A program made the translations under genes and the position numbers. From the NCBI RefSeq assembly GCF_000143415.4, contig NW_003314329.1, positions 807,763-871,762 on the forward strand: 64,000 bases of DNA, in the 5' to 3' direction. The DNA comes from Selaginella moellendorffii. Taxonomy: Eukaryota > Plantae > Lycopodiophyta. A model generated the notes under the pieces. It saw nothing but the letters and a program-made list of their open reading frames with translations, was not told the DNA's origin and searched no databases. Position 1 is the first letter of the stretch; each line of letters opens with the position of its first letter. Below, one piece after another: positions 1 through 14,110 of this stretch.

Positions 1-2460
<2,460 letters not shown>

Positions 2461-2555
2461 ACGCTTTTGCTTTTCCTTCCATTGAAAACAGTGTCTGGCT
2501 CAGGCAAGTATCACTCGAGCAGGCGAGCTAGAAATCGGAGTTGAAGAACACAATA

Positions 2556-4446
2556 ATGGCGCTCATATTCTTTGCCGCTATTGCCACGCTCTGCCGTATT
2601 GCTGTGGCAGTGTCCCCGTCTCCTGTGAAATGCGATGCATTGGGATGCAGCTTAAGGAACTACTTGGGGGTATGGCCAGACAGGATTCCATGTAGAGCAG
2701 CTCAAGTGTTCTATCCAGCAACAGAGGAGGAGCTGTTAGCAGCAGTTGCATACGCCGCGAGTAACAATCGGAAGATGAAAATGGTGAGCAGATGGTCGCA
2801 GAGTATTCCGAAACTGGCATGTCCAGGGGGTGATTCCGGAGTGATTATAAGCACCAGGGATCTGAATTCAGGCATCGTGGTAAATTCGGAGGAAATGACT
2901 GTTACAGTTGATGCGGGAGTTCTCCTTCAACAGTTGGTCGATACTATTTCCACGCTTGGCTTTGCACTACCGGCTGCTACATACTGGAATGCAGTTTCTG
3001 TGGCTGGAGCAGTGAGCACTGGAGCGCATGGAAGCAGTCTGTGGGGACGCGGAGGTGCTCTCCATGACTACGTTGTGGGAGTATCCTTGGTGGTTCCAGC
3101 AACTGAGGAAGATGGATTCGCGAAGGTAGTCAGGCTGGACGAGAATTCTTCCAAGGACTTGCTGGATGCAGCCAAGCTCTCGCTCGGAGTTCTTGGAGCA
3201 ATCTCAAAGATAACTCTCAGCATTGAGCCCATGTTTAAGAGGTCGGTGGCTTTGGAAGTAAAAGACGATGCTGAGATCGAAGAACAAGTTCTGCGATTTG
3301 GAAGTGACCACGAGTTTGGGGACATCTGCTGGCACCCGTCCTTGAAGGCGTCCTTGTTTAAGCTGGACGAAAGAGCTCCTCTCGAGACGCCTGGAGGAGG
3401 AACGAACATATACAAGGGCTTTCAGCCATTTCCAGTAGAACGAGCTGAGCAGTCCAGGCGCAGTGGTAGGCTTATAGCAGCAGTTGTGTCTCTTAGTTCT
3501 GACTCGCTTAATATTTGTCTGATATGCAGAGGAAAAGATCGAACAGGACAAGGACGAGTGGACGCGTTGCAGGTTCTCTGAGATGGTTTTAAACAGCCGG
3601 GTGCCGAGTGGTAACGGGTACTTAAACGACGGGATCAACTTCACGGGCTTTCCCGTTGTGGGATACAACAATCTCATGCAGACCGCAGGTGGTTGCCAGG
3701 ACGCGCCTCCTCGTTTTGTCATTGCCGAGATGACTGGGAGCTTGCCTGCGAACTGCTTGCAAGAACAGGAAGAAGAGGTGGACTCGGACGTGTGTAGTTG
3801 GGATCCGAGAGTCGCCGGTTCATTCTACCATCAGACGGCCTTTTCCGTGAGCCTTGACAAGGTGAAGGACCTGATCCTAGACATCAAGAAACTCCGTGAC
3901 ATGGATCCCAGCAGCTTGTGCGGCTTAAGCCTCTACGGTGGCATCTACCTTCGCTACGTGAAAGCGTCCAGCGCTTACCTCGGGCAGAAGGAAGACGCGG
4001 TGGAGTTCGACATAACTTACTACCGCTCCAGGGACGGGGGGACTCCCAGGCTCAACGAAGACGTGGTGGAAGAGATAGAACAGATGGCGCTCTTCAAGTA
4101 TCAAGGGAAGCCTCACTGGGGGAAGAACAGGAACATAGCTTTCACCTCCATCCGGGACAGAGTCAAGGATTTGGACAGGTTTGCTTGGGCGAAGAGCAGG
4201 CTAGATCCGGCGGGCCTCTTCTCAAGCGAGTGGTCTGACGCTATCCTTGGCGGTGACAGAGACGGCATTGTCAGCTTCCACGATCACTGTGCCTTGGAAG
4301 GGATGTGTATTTGCAGCGAAGACCGCCACTGCGCTCCCGAGTCTGGATTCTTTTGCAGGCCAGGCAAAGTGTTTGTGTCCGCCAGAGTTTGTCGCTACGA
4401 AGGTGAAGAAAAGGCCGGTGGTGGAGTCAAGCCTATCTATAGCTAA
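2556..4446 (+). CDS. L-gulonolactone oxidase-like FAD-linked oxidase (plant GulLO/ALO family), secreted, 2 exons
   Basis: Signal peptide, FAD-binding motif AGAVSTGAHGSSLWG, PHWGKNR and a Cys-rich C-terminus (CALEGMCICSEDRHCAP). Intron 3466-3529 joins the two ORFs in frame. Confidence 0.92.
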
Positions 4447-4543
4447 AATTCATCAAACTAGCGTGGATAGTAGAACCACGAAGTGGAAAGGTGGTCACCG
4501 ATTTTAATTATAATCTTATTTATCACGAGAGTGTAACAACTTC

Positions 4544-4726
4544 TTATCCACTTGTTTCACCTTCATTGCTGGGACTTCTAACATTGACAAATTCCACTTC
4601 AAAGCCGAGATCCAGAAATAATTCTCTCTTGTCATCGTTGAGTAGTACCTCATCGCAATGCAAATCCTCCTCTGTAAAATCTGCATCAATGGGAGCATTA
4701 CCATTTAAATGCTGGGCGGCATTCAT
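4544..4726 (-). CDS. Small acidic protein, copy A (60 aa), unknown function
   Basis: Paralogous to 11721-11948 (shared AAQHL, IDADF, CDEVL, RELFLDLGFEVEF, EGETS). A TATA-like element lies about 35 nt upstream. Confidence 0.45.
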   Translation of the reverse strand: MNAAQHLNGNAPIDADFTEEDLHCDEVLLNDDKRELFLDLGFEVEFVNVRSPSNEGETSG

Positions 4727-4882
4727 CTTTCAGTTACAAGAAGGGTTTACTTACATTATATAGCAGCTAAAAACCATAGATTAATTTGCTTTGGAATTCT
4801 CGTCTATGCAAGGACAGATTTTCCACGCGAAAGAATGCTCTGTTACTAAGCCAAAATTATAAATTTAGGGCTAGACCCCGAC

Positions 4883-6790
4883 ATGTCGCTAGTGCGGTCA
4901 TTTCTTGATAGTCGGGAAACCGGCCGTGATTGATCGAGCTGAAAGTCTGGAATCGGAGGGCTACGAGTTTGTGGGGGAGTTGAAAGATCTCACATACGAC
5001 GAAGTGATCCAGTCTTTGCTGCTAAGGAGCTTGAGCCGCACCTCAAAGGTATGTCTTCTCCCGCTTCGCGTTTGTTTGTATGACTGTTGAGACCCTTGAT
5101 TCTGTTCTGTTGATATTTTTTTCTTCCAGATCTAATACTAACTTTGTTTTGTTCTGAATGTTGCAGTGCCCTATTGAATCGGTGAGCAATTGCGAAAGCC
5201 CTTTGATTCCTTGTTTTCTCTTTGATCTGTGCATGCATCCATGTCGGAAGTCCCACTTTTTGTCTAGTTCTTGGTATTCCTAGTGCGCCATAAAATCGGC
5301 ACAAGGTCTTGGATTTGGTCTTGGGTGCTTGTGTCTGGCTTGTGGCATCTGCTTGGTATGTGGCCCCTTGCGTTCTATTAATGCTGTCTGTGCCTTCTTC
5401 GGCTTAGAGCTCTTCTCTCTGGGATGACTGTTTTGCAGTCATTTCAAGTTTTGTATTTGCCTGCTTGTAGCAGTTCTTGCGAGCCACATTGACGGATCGT
5501 CCAGCATTTTGCATATAATTTTGCCATTCACGTCATAACCACCTTCAACACATCGGCTTCGCAAATTCAGGATGTAAACAACCTCGCCAACCTTGCCCAT
5601 TTGGCCCAGCCTAATAATCCAGTGATAGCCAAAGAACGATTTCTCTATCCCTGTAGTGCATAGGACGATGAAAGAAGTGAAGTTGTTGAGCCGTTCCTGG
5701 ATTTTGGATTCTAGACTCGCATACGCCTTTCTTTTCGATAGCAGGAAAGTTTTGTCATAATTTCGCAGTGCATCGCTATCTAAAATCCAGAATTTAGAAT
5801 CTGCAGTATCAGTAGCCCTTACAATGGCCGCCACACCAGCTGGTACACCTGAAGCAAGATACGAATGCACGGATCAGATGATAGATGGGAAGCAGGAGAC
5901 GCTTTTACCTGGCAAGTGTCGAGTTCTTTTGGTTTGCTATCTAAGAAGAAAAACTACGACGAGTTTGGTAAGGGGGGACTTTGTTGCATGCTTTATATGT
6001 CGGTGTGGTCCAAGGAGGAGATTGGGAAATTCCTTGACGACTTTGAGCCTTACTGAACTAGTTACGGGAACATGAATGTGGTGGACAGAGCGGAAGGGCT
6101 TGACAACTTCGATTATTTGGGCGGAGTTCCTAGATACGTACTGCGTACAACAAAGCTGGATGAGGGGAAGGCCAGGGCCAAAGCTGCGGTTGTGTTGTTC
6201 GGATCAAGTGCATTCAAAGCGGCTAGGGTTTTGTCAGGAGGGTACGTGAAAGAAGTCAGCGACTGCATTCTGCACATCGTGGCAACTGAGGACCTCAGCG
6301 AAAAGACATATCAGTTTGCAAGTGAGGCTTTGATGACAGAGCTTGGGAATCAGTATATGCTTGCTGGAGCTGTGCGTGCTGCTCTTGGGTGGGGGAAGTG
6401 TTGAAGGGTGGTGATTTTATTATCAAGCAAGTTTACAATGACGGAAGCTCTGGTGCTGAGACTTCCCAACATATTGGACCTCATATCATGCTAGAGGCAA
6501 GTTCTGCTGGTGAGCTTTGAGCAAAGATGGGGATGGGCAAGTATGTGAAACCAACTTCTAAAGTTTTCCGAGCATTGATTCTGGTATGGATGAAGACATT
6601 CCTTCAAGAGACTGCAAGTGGCTTAGACATGGTGGATGCTGCATTGAAGAGATCAAGCTACAGGCTGTGGTCGTGTGTTCCAAAAGAGACGTTTCCAGTA
6701 ACTGGATGGCAGCAATACAAGAATAATAAAGATGGGGTCTATGGGAAAAGAAATGCAGTATTTGGGGTTTGTTGTTCAAGTGGACTATGA
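4883..6790 (+). pseudogene. Crinkler/RHS-like (CR-NTPase + REase-like) pseudogene with internal inversion
   Basis: A degenerate Walker A (CTTGIEKS, cf. GTPGIGKS) lies on the minus strand within about 5481-5880. IDG, LYMSVWSKEEI and GGVPRYVL follow on the plus strand. The N-terminal LIVG exon ends at a GT donor at 5049. Several stops and frameshifts. Confidence 0.7.
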
Positions 6791-6813
6791 GGATGCACGA
6801 TGAAACTTCTGTT

Positions 6814-6831
6814 TATATATATATATATATA
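6814..6831. repeat. (TA)n microsatellite at the start of an AT-rich stretch
   Basis: tatatatatatatatata. Confidence 0.8.
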
Positions 6832-7749
6832 CTTGCAATCTTAGAGATTTAGCTTAAGAGAAAATCAAAATTTTTAATACAATTAAATACATACTACTCA
6901 TTTAAGTTTTTTTAAAAACTGATGTTTGATAAATTTATTATGATTAAATAGATGAAGTTGAAAAAAAAATTGAGAAAAGATTTATATATGTCGCATATTT
7001 ACTAGTCGATTAATCAATTTAGCAATTGATAAAATATTCAAATGAATCCAAGCGCAAGTGTAACAACTTCAATTGACCGAAGTATAACTGCTGATGAGGA
7101 TAATTTAGGATGAAACTGGTACTTTTTCAGTAAGATGTGCCAGTGTGCCCTGCACAATACTATGATACATTTATAATCAAGCTGCTAAAGTTTATAAATG
7201 TTCTTCTTTGCTAGATGGGTATAGCTTTCAAGTTAACTTTGCTGCATTCTTTCAGCCTGTGTAAGTTCGATTTATGTTAGGTTTCTTAGGTTTGTTTCTT
7301 TAATCCGTTATAATAATGATTTAATGTTAATTTTCTGTGCGAATCGTTTTTCCTCTTTTCTTAGAGCTTTTTATGCAAGCGGCAACTTCAATCTCACGTA
7401 AGCACGCTGGTTCTCAAGAACAGGATGAACTTTAAAAAGCTTTGACCCAGGCCCTGCTGAAGAATGCTTTTTTTCTCTCTCCGGACAGTCATAAACACAT
7501 CTAGTTTTTCAGACTCAAACTTCAATTTTTTTGTCCATTTGTGAACATAAGAAGGCCACAAAGGATCAACAACCAGAGCCAAAAGAGATCCCGAGTAAGT
7601 CGTTCGCCTCTTTTGTTTGGATTGCCAAGGACATCTGGCTCCCTCAAAATGAAAATAGGAGAGATGCATAGTGCCCGTGCCCTTCTTTTGGCTAAGACAT
7701 GGTTAAGGAAATAGCCTTTTTATTCGCCTATAAATTGCTGTTTGATTGA

Positions 7750-10700
7750 TTGGAGGACGTCGGGCGCCCCGATGCCAACGACGAATACGATGACGACGAG
7801 CCGCCGCGGCGCAAGAGGCGATCGATGACGAGGAGGAGGAGCCGCATCTGAAGTACCAGCGCCTGGGAGGTAGCGTTCCCTCTCTTCTCTCCAGCGACAC
7901 GGCCTCCTGCATCATCGTTGCCGGGCGGATGATCGCGCTAGGGACGCACGGCGGCAGAGGTGCATTTGCTGGATTACCAGGGAAACCAGGTGAGTGTCTT
8001 ATCAGTTTTTTTGGATGGAGTGGAATGGAATGGGGACTTTTTCCATCCAGGTGAAGGAATTTGCTGCTCACACTGCCACTGTGAACTGAGCTTCGATGGC
8101 GCTGGAGAATTCGTGGGGAGCTGCAGCGATGATGGATCCGTGCTGGTGAGCAGCCTGTATACCGACAGTCACGAGAAGTTCCACTACGACATGCCTATGA
8201 AGGCCGTCGCTTTGGATCCAGACTACCGCAAAACAAAGCGTTTTGCTGGCGGGGGACAGGCAGGACGTCTCATACTCTACAGTAGCAAAGGCTGGTTTGG
8301 TTCCAAAGGTTATCAGGTAGCTTAATCTCCATTTTCTTTTCATTCTTCACTGTTTTGTCACGATCACTGTTTTCGCAGGACTTGGACTCGGGAGAGGGTC
8401 CCATCCATGCTATCGTGAGGAGAACGAGCGTTATCGCGTGGGCGAATGACAAGGGTGTAAAACTGTTTGATACAGGCTCACAGCAGCGTCTTACTTTCAT
8501 TGAAAAGCCAAAGAACACTCCAGACGCCGAGTACTTGCGTCCCCATCTAGTTAAGGTTCGTGCTTATATGATATTTCTCTCCTATAGCATATAGTTTTTG
8601 TTTTCCAGGATGATGTGCATTTGTTAATCGGCTGGGGAAGTTGCATCAAGATTGCTGCCCTCAGAGTCAGGGGAGCTGACTTTCCTGGAGGCCTCAATGC
8701 AAGGTTTAACCTTCTCTTGGGGACAAAGTACGTAAGTACGTCGAGATAGTATCAGTTTTGCAAACTGATGACGGCATCTGCGGCCTGGCTTCGTGTGCGG
8801 AATCTCTTATGATTCTTACTAGCAAAACGGAAACAACGGGGTACACCGAAACAGGTACATGGCTCGTCTATATTTCTTCAGTGCGTAACCTTAAATGCTA
8901 ACTGTGTTAAGACCAGCCTGAAGTATGCATCTTGAACTGGAGAAACGAACAAGTGCTAAGAGATGCGCTCTCTATGCATAGTTGTGAGCACTACAAGGCT
9001 AAGGATTCAAGTTTGCTCACGCTCCATTCTCTGGTATGATAAGATGTTATAAAGAAAACTCATTTGCTTGTCGTTTGTAGGAAGTAGCTGCCCTGGTGTT
9101 CAGTGGGCCGCTGGAGACGAGCCCTTATACTACATAGTCTCGCCAAAGGACGTGGTTGTTGCTCGACGAAGGTTGGCTAGAATTATTTGTACAGGCAGCT
9201 GATTTCTTCTGCAAAATCTTTCCTGGCAGGGATGCGGACGATCATGTTCAATGGCTTCTCAGGCATGGGCGCTCTGACTTGTCGACGTTTTCTACGGTAC
9301 AAAGGCATCAAAAGTAAGAGCAACATTCCTCGCTTGCGATTTTTTTTACTTTATTATATATTTTTTTTCTCAGGTGGCTCGAGAAAGCACTAGTAGCTGT
9401 AGAAGCTGGAAATGCTCGTGTTAAGCTGTTGGACGAGATGTGTTCTTTTTCATGGTAAAAGGCGATGACTGATGCATGCTCGTGCAGGTTGGTGCACAAT
9501 ACTTAGATCACTTGATCCTGAGGAGGGAGTACGTGCTTGCTGCTTCTATGTGTCCAAAGATCTTGCGTGGTAGTGTTTCGGCTTGGGAAAGGTGAGGCTA
9601 CTGTTTTTATTTCGGAAGACGTTCTGAGGCAGACGAGTAAACGCAGACAGGTATCTCATTTCGACCAACTGAGACAGTTGCACGTTCCGGTCCCATTTAT
9701 ACCTGTTGTTAATCCGCAGCTTCGCAATACTGTATATGGGTGAGCTTCCGAATGTGCAGCGTGAGCTCTAACATGGATTTTTAAATGTCTTAAGGTTGTC
9801 CTGAATCGGTTGCTTGCAAATCCTGGGCATCATGAGCAGTTCTTAGTGCTGGTTCGGAGTTGGCCCCGACACATTTATTCTGTACCAACAATTATATCTG
9901 TCGCTGAGATACAATGCAGTGCCAGTGGAAAAACTCCTTTCTTACTCGAGGTAACTACTGTTGTTGTTTGAAGAGAGTGTAAGCTGGTACAGTAAGGATG
10001 AAGGCGCTTACAATTCTTTACCATTCTCAGGGACAGCTTGATAACGTGCTAAAGCTATATCTCGAGGTATATCCACTAGCATTGCTAATTTTAAGTCGTA
10101 TTTTTGCAGCTGCAAAAGCACGCAGTCTTTGATATTATCAAGGAGCACCATCTTTATGATGCTCTTCATGGGAATGTAAGCTACATCTAAGTTGTATGTG
10201 GAACCTCTGATCCATGTTGCATTTCTATTTTTTTGAAAAAAGAGCTATTGGCTTACTCGTTCAGCAAAGAGAAAGAATTAGGTGGTTTCTTCTTTAGACA
10301 ACTTGCCTCAAAAAGAGAGCTGCCAGTGTCTTTTACACGACTATTTACATGTTCGAACAAGACACAAACGCTGGAAAGAAATATCATGACTTACAGGTTT
10401 TGAGATTTATTTTACAGGAAGGTTGTAAACTATTGAGTTTATGTGCAGGTGCAGTTATATGCTGAATTCGAACCACGATTGTTGCCACCTTTTTTAATAG
10501 CAGTCAGTATTACAATCTTAACAAGGTATAAACTTGTTAATTTTGTTTTTTAATATGTAATATATTTTTACAGGCATATGATGTTTGTACAAGATTAAAT
10601 CTTGTCAAAGAAAAAGTTTATTTATTGAGTCAAATGGGAAATGCAAAAGAGGCTTTAACTTTGATAATCAATGACCTTAAAAACATGATGTAAGCTCTTG

Positions 10701-11410
10701 CGATGAAATTATTCTTAGATGTGAACTGACAATGATTTCTTGAATGCAGGCAGTGGAGTTTGTGATGATGATTTATGGAATGAGCTTATCAACCAGAGCT
10801 TGCACAATCCAGATATGGTCGGTACTACTAAGTTGATCCTCTCATATTGATGGCTTGTGTGCAATGCAGATTGGCACGCTTTTGGATCATACCATGGGAA
10901 ATATTCATTCCATGCAAGTTATAAACAGAATTCCCAAAGACATGCCAGTGCCACGGTACAATATCTCACTGTGACGAGGGGAAATCTCTATTGACATTGA
11001 ACTTTTGTGCAGTTTGAGAGACAGGCTTGTAAAGGTTATCATGGATTACAAGACGGAGGCATTACTCAGGGAGGGTTGCAATAACATTCTCAAGGTGTGT
11101 GTATCAGCAAAACATAGAGATCCTTGCACTAAAACTCGTAATCCAAGCCAATTTCTACAATTTACAGCTGAAGTGCCACAACTCTTACAGGAAGGCGGTG
11201 GTTACCAGCAAGAAGCCATGCTGCATATGCTCGGAGCCCCTGGTTAGCCAGAGGGTGGCAGTGTTAACGCTTTTCTGCAGCCACTCTTACCACCTTAAGT
11301 GCCTCCAGGACATGAGTCCTGGTAGTGCCGAGGAGCAAAGCTTGCAGAAGGTGACGAACAGCAGCTGGACGAGCATTACTAGTACTACAAACGCAATCTT
11401 TCTTGGGTGA
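7750..11410 (+). pseudogene. VPS41: VPS41 (HOPS subunit) pseudogene, intron-containing
   Basis: EEEEPHLKYQRLGGS, MIALGTH, VHLLDYQGNQ, GSCSDDGSV, AVALDPDY, IAWANDKGVK, YIVSPKDVVVAR and a C-terminal RING-like CCIC...FCSHSYHLKC. There is a frameshift between GTHGGR and VHLL (about 7959), further lesions and no clean start codon. Confidence 0.85.
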
Positions 11411-11720
11411 AAGAGTTCCAAAAAGAGAGGTGGAGGTGGAAGAAGAGTAAAGAAGTGGTGAAAGAAGATAACCAAAAGAAAGCAAGGATCGCTAGCTACT
11501 GCTGCTGCTACTGCTGGTATTCATCCCTGTGTACGCACCACCAAAAACCGAAAGGAATCTCTAATGCTTCTCGATTTTGCGAAACGGTATCACTTTTCAT
11601 TGTAAACTGTCACATATTGGTAAATGCATGATAATCAAGAGATAGAATAGCGTTAAAAATATAATATATTCAAGTTTATTATTTATCGGTTCTAATTATA
11701 ATCAAAATCAGTTATTATTT

Positions 11721-11948
11721 CTAAGACTCGACTGTATTGACACTAGTTTCACCTTCATCGCTGGGATTTATCACAGAGACATTGTCAAATTCCACTTCAA
11801 AGCCGAGATCGAGAAATAATTCTCTCAAGAAATAGAAATCGTCATCGCTTAGAACTTCCGACAGTACCTCATCGCAAGACAAATCAACCTCCCCCGCAAA
11901 ATCTGCATCAATGCGAGCATTAGCATCTAAATGCTGGGCGGCATCCAT
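11721..11948 (-). CDS. Small acidic protein, copy B (75 aa), unknown function
   Basis: Paralog of 4544-4726. Indels between the copies preserve the frame. TATA-like element upstream. Confidence 0.45.
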   Translation of the reverse strand: MDAAQHLDANARIDADFAGEVDLSCDEVLSEVLSDDDFYFLRELFLDLGFEVEFDNVSVINPSDEGETSVNTVES

Positions 11949-12229
11949 CTTTTAGTACAGAAAATAAACCAACCAAGCCTTACACTTATATGGGGGCTAG
12001 CTGGAAAAAGACAAAACTGCTGCGGAACGATCTCGTTGGAAGGATTTGCAACTCACTATGTAGGTGTAGGGCCCCTTGCTCTTTGTAAACATATTGCCAA
12101 GGTCTTGCGACGTCCCCACTAAGCAAAGATTCATTGGTTTTCCAAATTTTGGCGGGAGGAGGGGATATTCTTTTCCCATTCGCGGTTACTTACACCCTTG
12201 GAAAAATCTATTTAGAAGTAAGCAAGGAG

Positions 12230-13507
12230 TCACGCCACCAGGTTGCGAGCAACCATCCCTTCCATGGTAACGCCAGGACCGAACGCAAGAATGACCCCCC
12301 ACTCGGGATCCGGCTTGTCGGCCGCGGCGTTCACCTGTCGCATGTAATCCAGCACGTAGATGATTGTGCTGCCGTTGATGTTGCCATAGTCCGACAACAC
12401 CTGCCGGCTACACTTGAGCTTGTCCCCTGCCAGCTGGAGCTTCTTCTCGCAGGCGTTGAGGATCGCCGGGCCGCCGGGATGGATCGCCCAGAACAATCGA
12501 TCATAGTCCACGCCGCCCGCCTCCACTCGCCCCGAGCGCTTGAGCAGCCCCTGGATGAATCCCTCCACCTCGCTCTCGATCATCTGGGGCAGCTCCCTCC
12601 CCAGGCTAAAGATGATCCCATCCTCGGTCAGCCGGCCATCGATGGTCTTCTCCGAGCCCGGGACGAAGCACTGGCTCGCGGTCACCAGCTCGTAGCACGG
12701 ATTCTCCGATGGTAGCGGGTCGGCGCCGATCACCACCGCCGAGGCGCCGTCGCCAAACAGCGCCGCGCCCACCAGGTCGTAGGGACGCTGTGGATTCGGA
12801 GGACGCCAGCCGATGAGCGTGGTGTCGCTGATGACGAGGAGGATCCGGCTGCCTGGATTGTTCTCCGCCAGGTCCTTGCTCACCCGGAGCCCGCCAGCGC
12901 CGCCGCAGCACCCCAGCATGTAGAGCATTACTCGACTGATGTCGCTGCTGAGGCCGAGGTGCTTTGACAGGTAGAGGTCGCCGCCGGGGAAGCGGACCTC
13001 GCTCGAGGAGACGTAGACGAGGTGAGTGATGTCGGAGATGGGCCTCCCCCACTCGGCCAGAGCCTGGGTCGCAGCAGCCACTCCCATCTTTGTCACGGCC
13101 TCACCAGCGATTTCCAGCCTCTGTCGGATGCTCGGGGTCCCTGGGGTGTAGAACTCGGGATGGTTTTCCAGGATCTCCTTGGACATGACCACGTATCGAG
13201 TCTTGACTGTCGTAGTCTTGCCTGGAGAATTAAAAACATCATCGGTCAGTCCCAGAGGTTCCGGAGACAAAGAATTCGAATAAGTATACTCACAGAGCCT
13301 TTGGAGCTTCTCCTTGAGTGCTGCGTTCTCCACTTTGGTGTCCCGGAAGTAGCCATCCACCAGGTACTCCTGCTTCACCACTGTATCTGGCAAGGCCTTT
13401 CCAAAGGCAAGGAGCGTCGCCTTCCCCGGACGAGCAGCTCTCAAGTTCTTCCGCTTGACACCGCTGCTGCTTCCATTAGACATGGCGTTCTCAGCAGCTG
13501 TTGCCAT
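12230..13507 (-). CDS. Type III polyketide synthase, anther-specific chalcone synthase-like (ASCL/PKSA-PKSB/LAP5-6) clade
   Basis: Catalytic Cys in MLGCCGG, His/Asn in WAIHPGG and YGNIN, AFGPG, and clade-typical RPPNPQRPYDLVGAALFGDGA. The 72-nt intron 13222-13293 splits the conserved Cys codon. Confidence 0.93.
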   Translation of the reverse strand: MATAAENAMSNGSSSGVKRKNLRAARPGKATLLAFGKALPDTVVKQEYLVDGYFRDTKVENAALKEKLQRLCEYTYSNSLSPEPLGLTDDVFNSPGKTTTVKTRYVVMSKEILENHPEFYTPGTPSIRQRLEIAGEAVTKMGVAAATQALAEWGRPISDITHLVYVSSSEVRFPGGDLYLSKHLGLSSDISRVMLYMLGCCGGAGGLRVSKDLAENNPGSRILLVISDTTLIGWRPPNPQRPYDLVGAALFGDGASAVVIGADPLPSENPCYELVTASQCFVPGSEKTIDGRLTEDGIIFSLGRELPQMIESEVEGFIQGLLKRSGRVEAGGVDYDRLFWAIHPGGPAILNACEKKLQLAGDKLKCSRQVLSDYGNINGSTIIYVLDYMRQVNAAADKPDPEWGVILAFGPGVTMEGMVARNLVA

Positions 13508-14110
13508 GGGAGTGTAGAGCTCTACGTCTGTTGTGCCGAGATGCAAAAAGCTTGGAAAGCTGACACTCTCTTTGCTCAGGCCGGGCAAAAAGTATTTATA
13601 TGTCGTAAAGCTCGATCGGGTGCCCGATCTGCTCCGTCGGGCCTGGGCAGGTCCGGGAGGCAGGCAGCATGAAGCGCAAGCACCAACCTTATTCCACCCA
13701 CTTCAAACATTTTCAAAACACGCTCGACCTTTGGCATGGGAAAAATAGATTTAAGCTGGCATCTCACCAAACACGCGTGCACAAAAATGCGCATGTCGTG
13801 TCAGTCTAGACCCAGCATAGTTCTTGGATGACAGGATGTACCACTTCCTCAAGGACGGGAGAGATCTCGGCAAGACTTTAACGACGACTTTGAGAACCGC
13901 GGAAAACGAAACTAGAAGAAAACTAAAACAAAAGCGAAAAGAAAGAATGGAAGTGTACAAGGTATCACAGGTTTTGACTTCCAGGAGAAGACGTCACAAA
14001 ATCAAACCAGGAAGACAAGACCCAGGCAGATCAGACGAAAGACCGAACGAGAACTTTAGACTCTCACACGCGCGCTCACTGTACAGACAAAATCAGCACC
14101 AGACGCATGA

